Positions 1 to 9,541 of a stretch of DNA of 64,000 bases are shown here, one piece after another (positions within the stretch are counted from its first letter, which is position 1; each line of letters starts with the position of its first letter). The notes beneath the pieces were generated by a model. That model saw nothing but the letters and a program-made list of their open reading frames with translations, did not search any database and was not told the DNA's origin. Made by a program: the position numbers and the translations under genes. Source of the DNA: an uncultured virus (IMG/VR IMGVR_UViG_3300043395_001428). Its lineage: Duplodnaviria; Heunggongvirae; Uroviricota; Caudoviricetes. The stretch lies in the IMG/VR virus record IMGVR_UViG_3300043395_001428; one strand, given 5' to 3'.

Positions 1-87
1 CATAAGCGGTTAAGGCTTATATGCAAGGCCGTCCGCCCCGTACGGGCACGCCGCCCCCCCTGTGTTAGCTATGATGTGAAATAATAC

Positions 88-117
88 TTGACAATGGTTG
101 TGTAGTATGCGAATATA
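88..117 (+). promoter_or_regulatory. sigma70-like promoter for the small rightward island
   Basis: TTGACA at 88-93 within AAATAATACTTGACAA, a 16-mer also found at 24299-24314; AT-rich candidate -10 downstream. Confidence 0.45.
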
Positions 118-152
118 CTATTGACAGTACTTTACTTGGAGGATTAACGATT

Positions 153-374
153 ATGAAACGGTACGCAGAATTTTACCACCGCTCAGTTATGTCAGACGAT
201 GTTATCCCAGCTTGCGGAAGTGATAGCATTGTTTATTTAGACGCAAGGCAATCGGACTATAACCAACGATCATATGCCGCAAAGATTGCGAAACAACGTG
301 GCTTTATCGGTTATCGCATTATGGCTTATCCAATATTGCCAGAACGTCCTATTTCACAGATTATTCTACTTTAA
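153..374 (+). CDS. hypothetical phage protein (73 aa)
   Basis: GGAGG RBS upstream of ATG. Confidence 0.65.
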   Translation: MKRYAEFYHRSVMSDDVIPACGSDSIVYLDARQSDYNQRSYAAKIAKQRGFIGYRIMAYPILPERPISQIILL

Positions 375-399
375 CCACCTAACAGGCAACGGAGGAATT

Positions 400-594
400 A
401 TGCTTGACGCAGACACCGAAGAATTGACCAACATGATCTACGACACATTGATGCAAAACACGCAATACCCACAACTTGATTTAGCCGACGTAGATTATCA
501 AGAAGTTAACGCTTCAATAGGACGTATTCTATTTGAGTATCGAGGAGCTAGCTATCAACTCATACTCAAGCCACTGAACGAAACATCCACCTAA
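400..594 (+). CDS. hypothetical phage protein (64 aa)
   Basis: GGAGG RBS before ATG at 400, inside ORF 274..594. Confidence 0.65.
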   Translation: MLDADTEELTNMIYDTLMQNTQYPQLDLADVDYQEVNASIGRILFEYRGASYQLILKPLNETST

Positions 595-617
595 ACTCCA
601 GCCACAACCTACCGCCT

Positions 618-649
618 AAGCCAAGTTTAACCGCTTGGCTTTTCTATTT
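618..649 (+). terminator. intrinsic terminator between convergent genes
   Basis: AAGCCAAG...CTTGGCTT hairpin followed by TTCTATTT. Confidence 0.6.
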
Positions 650-651
650 GC

Positions 652-1161
652 TCAAGCGAATACATCCCAGTCTCTCTCACGTTTGTAACAGACCGGATAA
701 CCTTTTGGCTTTTTATGCCAATGCAGAATATCGCCGTTCTCGCGTGTCGTGGGAAGTTCTATCCAATGATCCTCAACTATCGTTTCGATCTTAGCAGGTG
801 CGTTCTGGATGCTGTCTATTTTCGCTTGCAAGGCGTTTAGAACGTCTTTTCGAGTGTCAATAGGCGCTTGTATTGGTTCGAGTGTTTCGGCCTCACAAAT
901 GCACGATCCACGATTGTTACCGCAACATAATTCAAAACTCTCGAATACTTTCAATCGGTCGTGGACCGCGAGAGCTTTTAAGCGCTCAATCACATCATCC
1001 GTTTGCGATCCTGCAAGTCTCACGATCCGCTTGCCGTCTTTGTCGTCAACGGTGATTGATAATCCGCAGCGCTTTGCCGTTACATAGCAAACGGCTTTCG
1101 TCTTATCGGTCGCGATTGTTGCGTTAGGTTTGAGTTGCTTCAGTTCGTCGGTAAACTTCAT
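652..1161 (-). CDS. hypothetical protein
   Basis: Likely start at MKFTDELKQ; co-oriented with the terS-like gene. Confidence 0.6.
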   Translation of the reverse strand: MKFTDELKQLKPNATIATDKTKAVCYVTAKRCGLSITVDDKDGKRIVRLAGSQTDDVIERLKALAVHDRLKVFESFELCCGNNRGSCICEAETLEPIQAPIDTRKDVLNALQAKIDSIQNAPAKIETIVEDHWIELPTTRENGDILHWHKKPKGYPVCYKRERDWDVFA

Positions 1162-1256
1162 ATAACTCAATGATAACGGGCATCGCAACAAAATGCAACA
1201 TAATTGAGTTAGTCCGGCAACATTTATACAACAAACCGACAACAAAAATACAACAT

Positions 1257-1841
1257 TTACGGATTTTCAACGCCGTCTAGCAAGCTGAAATCGATCAAAC
1301 TTTCGTCCGGTTGCACGCCATTTCTAGCACATAACTGAGCAAAAGAATCGACAATTTCGGCCCTTGTTGGCAGTGGTTCTGATGCGTCTGCGCGATGCAA
1401 TTTGACTGCAATTTGGAGTGTTTGGTTGATAGTTTGGGCCACGTCTAGGACAGCAACATTGCTTGTACTTTGGTTTGTTTCTAAGCGGTAATTAGTGTTT
1501 ACGGCATTGAGTAAATTGGGATAAACGCCGTCTTTGAAGTCGTTATTATCTAGCTTTTCATTGATTCGTTGGATGACTTTCTCTCTTGCTTGACCGAGTT
1601 TATCGACAAAGGAATCTAGTTTGATCTTGGCTTGTGGAGAGAGTTTGTCTTCGGTCATTTGGTTGACGGTTTTACGTGAGATACCGAAGTCATTGGCTAT
1701 TACTTGCTGTGGGTAAATCTGTAACTTTTTTTGTTGCAGAATACCGAGTTTAATATCATCGGATAGGTTGGCCATTCCTTTTGGTCTGCCTGTGGCTGTT
1801 TCCATTGCTGAAGTGTAGGTATTTATTGGGTTTGTTGTCAA
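1257..1841 (-). CDS. putative terminase small subunit (HTH)
   Basis: HTH-like QQVIANDFGISRKTV, helical middle, QSTSNV-type tail seen in TerS-like proteins; same strand as the late operon. Confidence 0.5.
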   Translation of the reverse strand: MTTNPINTYTSAMETATGRPKGMANLSDDIKLGILQQKKLQIYPQQVIANDFGISRKTVNQMTEDKLSPQAKIKLDSFVDKLGQAREKVIQRINEKLDNNDFKDGVYPNLLNAVNTNYRLETNQSTSNVAVLDVAQTINQTLQIAVKLHRADASEPLPTRAEIVDSFAQLCARNGVQPDESLIDFSLLDGVENP

Positions 1842-2025
1842 TAGGAATTATTCACTTGACATTATTTTTTCTTTGTGTTACTCTTTGATTGTCGCTAGGG
1901 AATGCGGCATCGAACTTAAAATTCCCAAACTTTGAAAAGGCGGTTAGATCAGTAACCAACAGTGTGAACCTTCAATAAGGCCGCCTTTTCGCTTTCTATT
2001 TTAACATATTGGAGCATACAAGGTT

Positions 2026-2322
2026 ATGTTTATCGAACAAAATTGCACAATTTCTTTTGAAGGCAAAACGGTTGAAGCTGGCGGAGCGTTCATTTCGCCT
2101 GACTTCCTAGTCGCGTATCCTGACACTGAAACGAGCGGAGCGTTGAAAGACTGGCACGGCAATGTTATCGGCCAATGTAATGTACTCTCATCGTGGCGGA
2201 CTAATTCTTGGATGTCGTCGCACATGTTCTCGTATGAGTGTTTTGTTGACGGTGTTCGTTATGTCGGACGTGGATGCGGTAAAGGCATGTTGCTTCGTGC
2301 AAAACGTTCGCCACGTCAGTAA
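2026..2322 (+). CDS. hypothetical phage protein
   Basis: First ORF of the rightward arm; GGAG upstream. Confidence 0.65.
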   Translation: MFIEQNCTISFEGKTVEAGGAFISPDFLVAYPDTETSGALKDWHGNVIGQCNVLSSWRTNSWMSSHMFSYECFVDGVRYVGRGCGKGMLLRAKRSPRQ

Positions 2323-2461
2323 TTGTCAACAGGCGACAATGTTCGCCTCTTCACCTTTAGATTATATCACAAATGATGTGATTTAGGTTTATTTTCTTTA
2401 TCCGTCTCTCGTCTGATGCGTCTTATGCGTGAGTTCGAGATTGACGCGGAGGTTGATTGAA

Positions 2462-2653
2462 ATGGGACTGCATTATATCGGCACATACAAAGTTTATCGA
2501 GTGTTTCGCAAATCGGGACGGCGTGAAATTATCCGTCGAGGTCTAACACGGTCTGAGGCGATGCAGTTAGTTAACAGCTATCCTGACAGTTCTCGGTCAA
2601 TGGTTGTGTTTGATAAACAATTCTACGCAACAAAATATTACCGAGTTGATTAG
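2462..2653 (+). CDS. hypothetical phage protein
   Basis: GGAGG RBS before ATG at 2462. Confidence 0.6.
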   Translation: MGLHYIGTYKVYRVFRKSGRREIIRRGLTRSEAMQLVNSYPDSSRSMVVFDKQFYATKYYRVD

Positions 2654-2654
2654 C

Positions 2655-2683
2655 TTGACAACCGCACCGCATTATGCGACAAT
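2655..2683 (+). promoter_or_regulatory. sigma70-like early promoter
   Basis: TTGACA-17-GACAAT with a TG extension. Confidence 0.5.
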
Positions 2684-2752
2684 CTAACCAACTTGAGAGC
2701 TTGCATCGGCTACGGATCGCTTAGGACGCACCGAAATAGATTGCATACGGTA

Positions 2753-3130
2753 ATGGCTGACACAATCGACAATTCAATGGATGTTATTGATTCCCGTGAT
2801 GTTATCGCACGGATCGAGGAACTTGAAAGCGAATTGTGCCCGTCTGATGAATCGGACGGCACGGACAACCAAGAACGCGAAGAACTCGCCACTTTGGTAG
2901 CCTTAGCTGACGAAGCCTCTGGCTATGCTGCCGATTGGCAATACGGCGAAGCATTGATACGTGATTCATACTTCGAGAATTATGCACAAGAACTTGCTGA
3001 GGACATCGGAGCCATCGACAATAACGCATCGTGGCCAAACAACTACATTGATTGGGAACGTGCCGCGAGAGAACTCCAAATGGATTACACAGCCGTTGAC
3101 TTCGATGGCGTGACGTATTGGATTCGTTAG
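2753..3130 (+). CDS. acidic ArdA-like antirestriction (DNA mimic) protein
   Basis: Very D/E-rich; C-terminal YIDWERAAREL..DY motif resembles the ArdA C-terminal YIDYE..RDL motif. Confidence 0.55.
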   Translation: MADTIDNSMDVIDSRDVIARIEELESELCPSDESDGTDNQEREELATLVALADEASGYAADWQYGEALIRDSYFENYAQELAEDIGAIDNNASWPNNYIDWERAARELQMDYTAVDFDGVTYWIR

Positions 3131-3233
3131 GTTTTCAAAGAGCAATTTACTAGCTCCATAATATCACGTTTTAGCTAGTGTTTGCAAGGGTTTTAGGACG
3201 TTCCGCCGTAGAGCGTAGAACAAGGGAGAGATT

Positions 3234-3431
3234 ATGAATATGTCTTATTGTCGGTTTCATAACACGTTTCTTGACCTTCAAGACTGTTATAACGACCTAG
3301 AAGAACGTAACGGAATTGACGGCACGGACGAGTACGGCGAAAAGCTGGAAGGACAGGAATTGCGACGAGCGAAACAGCTTATTGAGCTTTGTAGAACAAT
3401 AGCAGACGAATTTGGCGAAGAGGAGGACTAA
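3234..3431 (+). CDS. hypothetical phage protein
   Basis: RBS plus NMSYCRFHNT N-terminal motif seen in small phage early proteins. Confidence 0.65.
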   Translation: MNMSYCRFHNTFLDLQDCYNDLEERNGIDGTDEYGEKLEGQELRRAKQLIELCRTIADEFGEEED

Positions 3432-3555
3432 AATGATCTATTCAAATTGCATTATCACCATTGAAAATGGTCTCTGGTGCGCTTGGGATCGTGGGACGCT
3501 CATTGCGTCTGGGTCTAAAAGCTATGTCTTTTCAGTTATTGATGCTCTTTAGGAA

Positions 3556-3607
3556 ATCAAGAGTTGAATTAAGTCGAGTTGAGGGGTTATGAGAGTCCGC
3601 GAGGTTG
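3556..3607 (+). repeat. dispersed intergenic element A, copy 1
   Basis: AAGAGTTGA-N33-GAGGTTG. Confidence 0.85.
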
Positions 3608-3637
3608 TGTCCTTAGCGTTGACTGGAGGAGAAGAAA

Positions 3638-4057
3638 ATGAACATTTTGCACTACCACGCAGACGGCGCAAATCGAAACGCTCAGGCGGTTCTGGCAATG
3701 CTTCAATATCGAATCGGTGACGGCATCGAGGCAAGTTACAAAGATGGTCGCTATCGTGCGGAGATCGAGATTGCACGATGGTCGAATGGCCGTGAACAAG
3801 GTTACATTGCTTATCTTCAAAATGAGGCAGACAAAACGCTAAACATTGCGTGGTACGAACATCGAAACTCGGACAAGATTTGTGCTCTCGCTTGGGAACA
3901 AACCGCATTCCCTAATCCAATAACCATCGAAACAATGGATCGAAGTACATTTAAGAATAAATGGGACGTGGCAAAAACCGTGTCATATAACGAAGCGTAT
4001 GAGATGGCAACGTGGATTTATGAGGCATTCGACCTTCATTGGGCAAAAACGGCTTAA
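3638..4057 (+). CDS. hypothetical phage protein
   Basis: Strong GGAGG RBS; 139 aa. Confidence 0.75.
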   Translation: MNILHYHADGANRNAQAVLAMLQYRIGDGIEASYKDGRYRAEIEIARWSNGREQGYIAYLQNEADKTLNIAWYEHRNSDKICALAWEQTAFPNPITIETMDRSTFKNKWDVAKTVSYNEAYEMATWIYEAFDLHWAKTA

Positions 4058-4120
4058 ATCGCTTGCAATCGCCAAATAGAGGCTAATTACGTCCGCCTTT
4101 GAGCGTTGACTGGAGGAGTT

Positions 4121-4321
4121 ATGGCTAAACCTAAATTTTACGAATGCGGAATATGCAATTCCTATCATCCTGTTTTGTGGGACGGAGACTGCCGAGATGA
4201 TGAGAATCGCTTTAACCATGATGATCTTAATGATAAATACGGCTTTATCGGATGGGTAGAGATTCCCGAAGCGTCTGTGGACTTTTACCAACAACAAACT
4301 CTTACTAAGGAGGAGTTATGA
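4121..4321 (+). CDS. hypothetical protein (CxxC/H motif)
   Basis: GGAGGAG RBS; ECGICNSYH. Confidence 0.7.
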   Translation: MAKPKFYECGICNSYHPVLWDGDCRDDENRFNHDDLNDKYGFIGWVEIPEASVDFYQQQTLTKEEL

Positions 4322-4545
4322 GAGGACAGATCGAACAACTAATTGCTGACCTTGAGGCGAGGTCGAAGCAATACGAAGAACAAGCCAACGCATCAACTGA
4401 CAAAGCCGAGCGACTTCGATGGTTAAGCCGAGCAACGGGCATACAGGAGGCTATTGGGTGCGTATATCGCCATTTACTTGTGCCTGACGCCGTTTCTGAG
4501 GAAAAAGGTACTCAGGGTAGGGTTATGGATGTCGAGGGCTTGTAG
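4318..4545 (+). CDS. hypothetical protein
   Basis: AGGAGG RBS; ATGA overlap with the upstream gene. Confidence 0.7.
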   Translation: MRGQIEQLIADLEARSKQYEEQANASTDKAERLRWLSRATGIQEAIGCVYRHLLVPDAVSEEKGTQGRVMDVEGL

Positions 4546-4561
4546 GGCGTTTATTTGAGAA

Positions 4562-4613
4562 ATTAAGAATTGAATGATATTACGTCTCACGCTTGCGAGA
4601 GTTCGTTAGCTTG
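4562..4613 (+). repeat. element A, copy 2
   Basis: AAGAATTGA-N33-TAGCTTG; aligns to the other copies without gaps. Confidence 0.75.
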
Positions 4614-4634
4614 GGTCGTGTAATGAGGTGAACA

Positions 4635-4811
4635 ATGAAAACACGCAACAACCTTATCAAACTCGGAACTCGTACCATCTTAGGCAAGCGCATTACTATC
4701 AGCGAGTTTAAGAACGTCCGCTATTTCCGAATCGGTCAATGCAACATTCAGGCCCCTAACGTCGAGGATGCCATTGCCAAGTATGTGGCCTGTATGGAGA
4801 AACACAAATGA
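4635..4811 (+). CDS. small hypothetical protein (58 aa, below ORF-track cutoff)
   Basis: GAGGTG RBS; ATG 4635, TGA 4809-4811. Confidence 0.55.
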   Translation: MKTRNNLIKLGTRTILGKRITISEFKNVRYFRIGQCNIQAPNVEDAIAKYVACMEKHK

Positions 4812-4951
4812 AACTACTTCACCACATCAGGAAGATTTTTAACCGCATTAGCTACGATACTAAATTTGGCGCTCTTGTTGCCTCTCTTATGATCCTTGCA
4901 GGGCTTATTATGATGGCTGTTGTTTGGGTCTATCATCACGGTGGTTTTTAG
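4808..4951 (+). CDS. small membrane protein (47 aa)
   Basis: ATGA-coupled start; one hydrophobic segment. Confidence 0.5.
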   Translation: MKLLHHIRKIFNRISYDTKFGALVASLMILAGLIMMAVVWVYHHGGF

Positions 4952-4955
4952 GAGA

Positions 4956-5007
4956 ATTAAGAGTTGAGTGAAGTTACGCATTCAGGCTATGCGAGTGCGC
5001 GAGGTTG
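4956..5007 (+). repeat. element A, copy 3
   Basis: AAGAGTTGA-N33-GAGGTTG. Confidence 0.85.
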
Positions 5008-5022
5008 GGAGGTGTGAAAATT

Positions 5023-5802
5023 ATGAGACAGTATCCAGAAAAAGATGACGCTGATGATTTGGCTATTTTGAACGCAGAACAATGGCAAATTGATTTGCTA
5101 AAACTTAACCCGTCCTATGTGTGGTGGGGAAACTACGAAGATTATATGTGGAAAGACGGTGGCGGATGGGATTCAGCACAAGAAATCGACACATTCTCTG
5201 AAGTCTGGCAACTAGACGAACTCAATGAATGTGTGAACTTTTATTTCACCGTCAACCGTTCTAGCCACGAATGTCCGCATTGTGAGGGGACTGCTCTTAA
5301 TCCTGCTACATATCGTTTGGAACGTGATTGGTACAATCACTCGTCTGTGACGGGTAAAGGATGGTCAGATGCTCTAACCGATATAGAAGTGCAAGCCTTA
5401 GTAGATGCGGGTCGCTTAATGGACTTCACTCATAAATTCGTCAAAGGCTCAGGATGGGTTCTGAAAAATCCACCATATGTTCCAACTGTGGAAGAAGTAA
5501 ATAATTGGTCGCACGAAGGGTTCGGTCACGACGCCATAAACCAAGCGATTTGTGTAAGGGCACGTGCCCAACATTTAGGAATCTATGGTGCTTGTGAACA
5601 TTGCATCCACGGACAAATATACGACGAACCTACAGCCCACGTCTCACTCCAGTTGTGGATGATACATCCCCGTAAAGGATGCAGTCGTGGCTTGTTTGTT
5701 AAACGCATCAATCAAGATGATTTGCCTGCCATAATGACTTGGCTCAAAACGGCAGCTAGCCGTAACGCAGAACGCTTCTCACGCATTACGGAGGCAAAAT
5801 GA
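5023..5802 (+). CDS. hypothetical protein with split CxxCxG zinc-binding motifs
   Basis: CPHCEG and CEHCIHG motifs; GGAGGTG RBS. Confidence 0.75.
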   Translation: MRQYPEKDDADDLAILNAEQWQIDLLKLNPSYVWWGNYEDYMWKDGGGWDSAQEIDTFSEVWQLDELNECVNFYFTVNRSSHECPHCEGTALNPATYRLERDWYNHSSVTGKGWSDALTDIEVQALVDAGRLMDFTHKFVKGSGWVLKNPPYVPTVEEVNNWSHEGFGHDAINQAICVRARAQHLGIYGACEHCIHGQIYDEPTAHVSLQLWMIHPRKGCSRGLFVKRINQDDLPAIMTWLKTAASRNAERFSRITEAK

Positions 5803-6035
5803 GAGCATTCAATCTTAAAATCTGCCCGTACAAGTCGAACGCACGATCAGGGCGCACCGATACTATCTACGAAGTGTGGGACGGCGGTGTAATCCTTGCT
5901 GCGTGGCACGAACACGCACCCATCCGCATTGCTGAGGCTCACGTTCGCAAGGTCGATGGTGGTTATGCGTGTGACCACTTCCGCGAACCGACCGAACCGA
6001 AAGCTGATGTTATCGGCATTGCTAGAGTTGACTAA
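5799..6035 (+). CDS. hypothetical protein
   Basis: GGAGG RBS; ATGA overlap. Confidence 0.65.
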   Translation: MRAFNLKICPYKSNARSGRTDTIYEVWDGGVILAAWHEHAPIRIAEAHVRKVDGGYACDHFREPTEPKADVIGIARVD

Positions 6036-6073
6036 TGGCGGTCTTTATGCTAGTCTTTTAATGGAGGGGAATT

Positions 6074-6352
6074 ATGAAAATTGCACAGATAAAATATGGA
6101 CAAAAGAAAAACTTGGGTGACTACCAATCGCGTGATCTTGAAATTGTCGGCATCGTGGAAGAGAACGAATCCGATGCGGACGCTATCAACGGCATTGCTA
6201 AGATGGTCGATTACTACCTGAATAAGCCGGAGCGTCTGGCCGAGTACAACAAACAGAAAGCGTTGCTCACGTCTGAGGACGACAAGATCAAGTCTTATGC
6301 TGAGAAGTTTGTTGCACGTTTTGAAGAACTGCAAGCCGAGATCGAGGGGTGA
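6074..6352 (+). CDS. hypothetical protein
   Basis: GGAGG RBS. Confidence 0.7.
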   Translation: MKIAQIKYGQKKNLGDYQSRDLEIVGIVEENESDADAINGIAKMVDYYLNKPERLAEYNKQKALLTSEDDKIKSYAEKFVARFEELQAEIEG

Positions 6353-6353
6353 T

Positions 6354-6560
6354 ATGCCAAACTTCCGTGACGTTTACAAAACAGTTATCAACGACCGCGA
6401 TACCGTCTTAGCCTTTGGTAAATTTCGCGGGAAGTCTATCGCTTGGTTGATGGACTGTGAACCCGAATATTTACTGTGGTGCATCGAGAACGAAGTCCTG
6501 CACCTATCCCTAAGTCTACGTGAGGAATTTGAACAAATGAATCCGTGGATTCAACTGTAA
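6354..6560 (+). CDS. ExoX C-terminal-like / DUF3820-type small protein
   Basis: LAFGKFRGKSI...PEYLLW motif. Confidence 0.65.
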   Translation: MPNFRDVYKTVINDRDTVLAFGKFRGKSIAWLMDCEPEYLLWCIENEVLHLSLSLREEFEQMNPWIQL

Positions 6561-6595
6561 CCAAGTCTCTTTTGGTGAGACATAACAGGAACACT

Positions 6596-6997
6596 ATGAA
6601 AATCAATGAGGTGTATAGCGCGTCAGGCGGATTTCTAAAAGCCGAGGACATTGCTAAACCGACAACCGCAACTATCGAATCCGTCGAAATGGTCACGAAA
6701 GACTACAACGACGGTAAAGGCCCGAAATCACAACTTGTCGTTCACTTTGTCGGCAAGGAAAAGGTCTTGGGACTTAATTTTACAAACGCCAACAAGATCG
6801 CGGAACTCACAGGCAGTGACGATTCCGATGATTGGGTAGGCGTTACGGTCAAACTCTTTGTCGAAAAGGTCAAGGTGGGTACGGAAATGAAACCGTCCAT
6901 CCGCATCTGGCCGGAGTTGCCCGAACAGGTCACGCCCGAACCAAAAGCTGAGTTTACGGGTGTCATAGCCGACGAATCAGGGGAAATCCCGTTCTGA
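6596..6997 (+). CDS. phage single-stranded DNA-binding protein-like
   Basis: FLKAED...LNFTN...DDWVG motif; acidic C-terminal EIPF tail. Confidence 0.65.
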   Translation: MKINEVYSASGGFLKAEDIAKPTTATIESVEMVTKDYNDGKGPKSQLVVHFVGKEKVLGLNFTNANKIAELTGSDDSDDWVGVTVKLFVEKVKVGTEMKPSIRIWPELPEQVTPEPKAEFTGVIADESGEIPF

Positions 6998-7041
6998 GGT
7001 TCACGTGCGAGGCGGACGCATTGTATCCGCCAACCCTTACT

Positions 7042-7434
7042 ATGGACTTGCACACCATCAACGCCAATATTCTACGACTCTCAAGCGAACTTGACGAACT
7101 AGGCGACGAGTTGCAGTCAATGGCTCAGGAGATGAACGACCTTAAAGCTGAGATTTATAACCACGAGATAATTCAGCACGACGATATTCGCTCGAAAGAA
7201 AAGGACGGCAAGTTGACTCTAGCCAATGGTAACGAGATCAAACTGACTGATACAATCCGCCTAAACCTTACTCACTTTGGTAAACGAGAAGCGTGTGCCA
7301 AGTACGAAGGGCTTAAACGTAAGCGCGATGTCCTTAAAATGGCCGTCGATGCTAAACGTGGGGCATTGTCGGGATACCAAACATCCGCAAATAGTGCGAG
7401 AGATGAAATGAAACTAGGAGGTTATACAACGTAA
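7042..7434 (+). CDS. hypothetical coiled-coil protein
   Basis: Heptad-rich ORF in the replication/recombination cluster. Confidence 0.65.
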   Translation: MDLHTINANILRLSSELDELGDELQSMAQEMNDLKAEIYNHEIIQHDDIRSKEKDGKLTLANGNEIKLTDTIRLNLTHFGKREACAKYEGLKRKRDVLKMAVDAKRGALSGYQTSANSARDEMKLGGYTT

Positions 7435-7613
7435 TGCACTTTTCAGCAGGAACACAAAGGGCACTCACTGGTTGGCTGTTGCCAGTTGGGTTGGTCATCG
7501 GATTGGCGGCTTTCTTTCTTGAAAATCTACGGAGGAAAAATAAATGCAATTCATAATCGGCATAGGCATTGTTGTTGTCCTTTGTGTACTCGTTGCCCTT
7601 TGTTCTGAAGAGG

Positions 7614-7665
7614 ATTAAGAGTTGAATGAGGTCGAGCGTTTCGGCTGTGTGAGTTCGTGAGGTTG
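7614..7665 (+). repeat. element A, copy 4
   Basis: AAGAGTTGA-N33-GAGGTTG. Confidence 0.85.
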
Positions 7666-7682
7666 TGAAGCGTGAGGAAATT

Positions 7683-7985
7683 ATGGAACTATCAGAAATA
7701 TTAGACAAAATTGAACCGTATCTAACCAATGATGAGTTGTCTGTTGTGGCAAAAATGGAGACTCGCATTACCGATCTTGAAGCGGAATTGGAAGAGTCCG
7801 AAGAAACTGTCGCTAACTTAGAACGCGACGTTGACCGCTTAAAAGAAGAAGTCCACGAACTGACAGGACTTGAAGGGCTTAACGAACGTGCTGAGATATT
7901 CCGCGACCCGTCTAACTGGGACGGCAACCGCTTTGTCCCCGTTCTCCGGTATCAGCAAACAAACGAACCGTATAACTTGATATGA
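7683..7985 (+). CDS. hypothetical acidic coiled-coil protein
   Basis: GAGG RBS; coupled to the clamp gene. Confidence 0.65.
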   Translation: MELSEILDKIEPYLTNDELSVVAKMETRITDLEAELEESEETVANLERDVDRLKEEVHELTGLEGLNERAEIFRDPSNWDGNRFVPVLRYQQTNEPYNLI

Positions 7986-9058
7986 AAATCGAAACTAAAC
8001 CTTTACAAAAAGCAATGGCTATCGCTGTTCGCTTTCTGGACAAGAAAAACGTAATCCCTGTGACGGGGATGGTCAAACTTGACTTTGAAACCGAGTGTTT
8101 ACGAGTCACGGCAACAAACCTAGACCGCACGTTCGTTACCGAGATAAAGATGTTCTGTGCGGAACAAGTCTCAGTCCTGATCGACGGGAATCGGTTCAAC
8201 ACGTTTATTCAGCGCATCAATGACGAAGCATTTGACGTGTCGTTCGATGACAAATCTATGACCGTCAGACGTAAAGGTGGTAACGCTCAGTTCTTGCTGT
8301 GCAAAGAACCATTTCCTACAACACCATCAATACCTCTCACCGAACCGATCATATTCAACGGTGAAGTGTTGGCTGAGGCATTGACCGCAACTCTCTGCGG
8401 AACGGATGACGACCGTACAACCACGCAATCGTGGCAGAACCTTGTGCAGATCGAAGTTGATAACGGATTCCGATGTCTCGCATCTGATACTAAGCGTATC
8501 GTCGTATGTTCAGGCGAGTGCGAGGGAACAGGCATCGTCCAAATCCCAATCAGCGCTGTGCAAATCTTACGCACGTTGCTAGACGATGACGATGTGAAGA
8601 TTCTGCAAACCAACAATCACATCTTTGTTATCACCAACCACACATTCATCTTTCGACGAATGTCAGCCCAATTCCCGAACATCGACGGATTCTTTGGTAT
8701 GGCTGAGTTCCAAGACGGTTTCAGCGTCGAGGCTGAAAATTTATCCAATGCCCTAGACCTAGTAAGGTCAATGGCTGATAACCGTCTTAGAAGCGTTAAA
8801 TGGATGCTTGGCGAGGACGTTACGTTCTCTACTCAGGCTCACGATGTCGGTCACGTCGAAGAATCGCTAGGCATCAAACCAAACATCGAACTTGTAACAG
8901 GATTCAACATTGACTGGCTACTCGCTATCGTTCGACAACTATCAGGCGAGATAACGTGCGAGTTTTGGGACAATGGTAAAGGCATCGTATCCCTACAAAT
9001 CCGCAGGAAACGATTGACCGATACTAAATTCTTGATTGGTTCACTATCTATCAAATAG
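7982..9058 (+). CDS. dnaN: DNA polymerase III beta sliding clamp
   Basis: 358 aa; LRVTATNL, LASDTKR, FP and GFN..WLL motifs of DnaN. Confidence 0.9.
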   Translation: MKIETKPLQKAMAIAVRFLDKKNVIPVTGMVKLDFETECLRVTATNLDRTFVTEIKMFCAEQVSVLIDGNRFNTFIQRINDEAFDVSFDDKSMTVRRKGGNAQFLLCKEPFPTTPSIPLTEPIIFNGEVLAEALTATLCGTDDDRTTTQSWQNLVQIEVDNGFRCLASDTKRIVVCSGECEGTGIVQIPISAVQILRTLLDDDDVKILQTNNHIFVITNHTFIFRRMSAQFPNIDGFFGMAEFQDGFSVEAENLSNALDLVRSMADNRLRSVKWMLGEDVTFSTQAHDVGHVEESLGIKPNIELVTGFNIDWLLAIVRQLSGEITCEFWDNGKGIVSLQIRRKRLTDTKFLIGSLSIK

Positions 9059-9069
9059 GAGATTACGCA

Positions 9070-9372
9070 ATGAATGAATTTATGTATCCACATACGGCAG
9101 CGTTAGGCAAGCAAGACACAAGTGTTGAGGCGGCATTAGCCATAGACACTAAAACGTGGGAAAAACTCGTACTAGATCGCCTACGTGTCGCACCGTTTAC
9201 AATGGATGAAATTGCCGAATACTATGGTGTTCAAGTCACTACCATCCGTCCGCGTGGTTCTTGCCTCAAGGCTCGTGGTGAGATTTATGACACTAGCGAA
9301 CGCAGACGGAACAGGTTTGGACGGAATTGCTGTGTGATGGCTATTGTGCCAACTCAATCTAAACTTTTCTAA
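9070..9372 (+). CDS. winged-HTH-like phage protein
   Basis: DTSVEAA...TMDEIA...IRPR...L.ARG motif; ends in QSKLF, a possible clamp-binding motif. Confidence 0.6.
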   Translation: MNEFMYPHTAALGKQDTSVEAALAIDTKTWEKLVLDRLRVAPFTMDEIAEYYGVQVTTIRPRGSCLKARGEIYDTSERRRNRFGRNCCVMAIVPTQSKLF

Positions 9373-9472
9373 GCCACAGGGCAAGTGACATCGCCCCACT
9401 TCCGAACGGGCGTACCTTGATTGTGAGTATCAAATGCAGTGGGGGCGTTAGGGATTTCGTCCCCCACTTAAA

Positions 9473-9524
9473 ATTAAGAGTTGAGTGAAGTTACGTCGGG
9501 TTGATGAGTAACTTCGTGAGGTTG
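9473..9524 (+). repeat. element A, copy 5
   Basis: AAGAGTTGA-N33-GAGGTTG with an internal GAAGTTAC/GTAACTTC inverted repeat. Confidence 0.9.
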
Positions 9525-9541
9525 AGAGGTGTGAGGAGATT

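Noticed and set aside
3549..3908. Element A as a conserved minus-strand peptide (TSRT...LDLIQLLI)
   Set aside because: Copy 3 has an in-frame stop, and the host ORFs are shadows of + strand genes.
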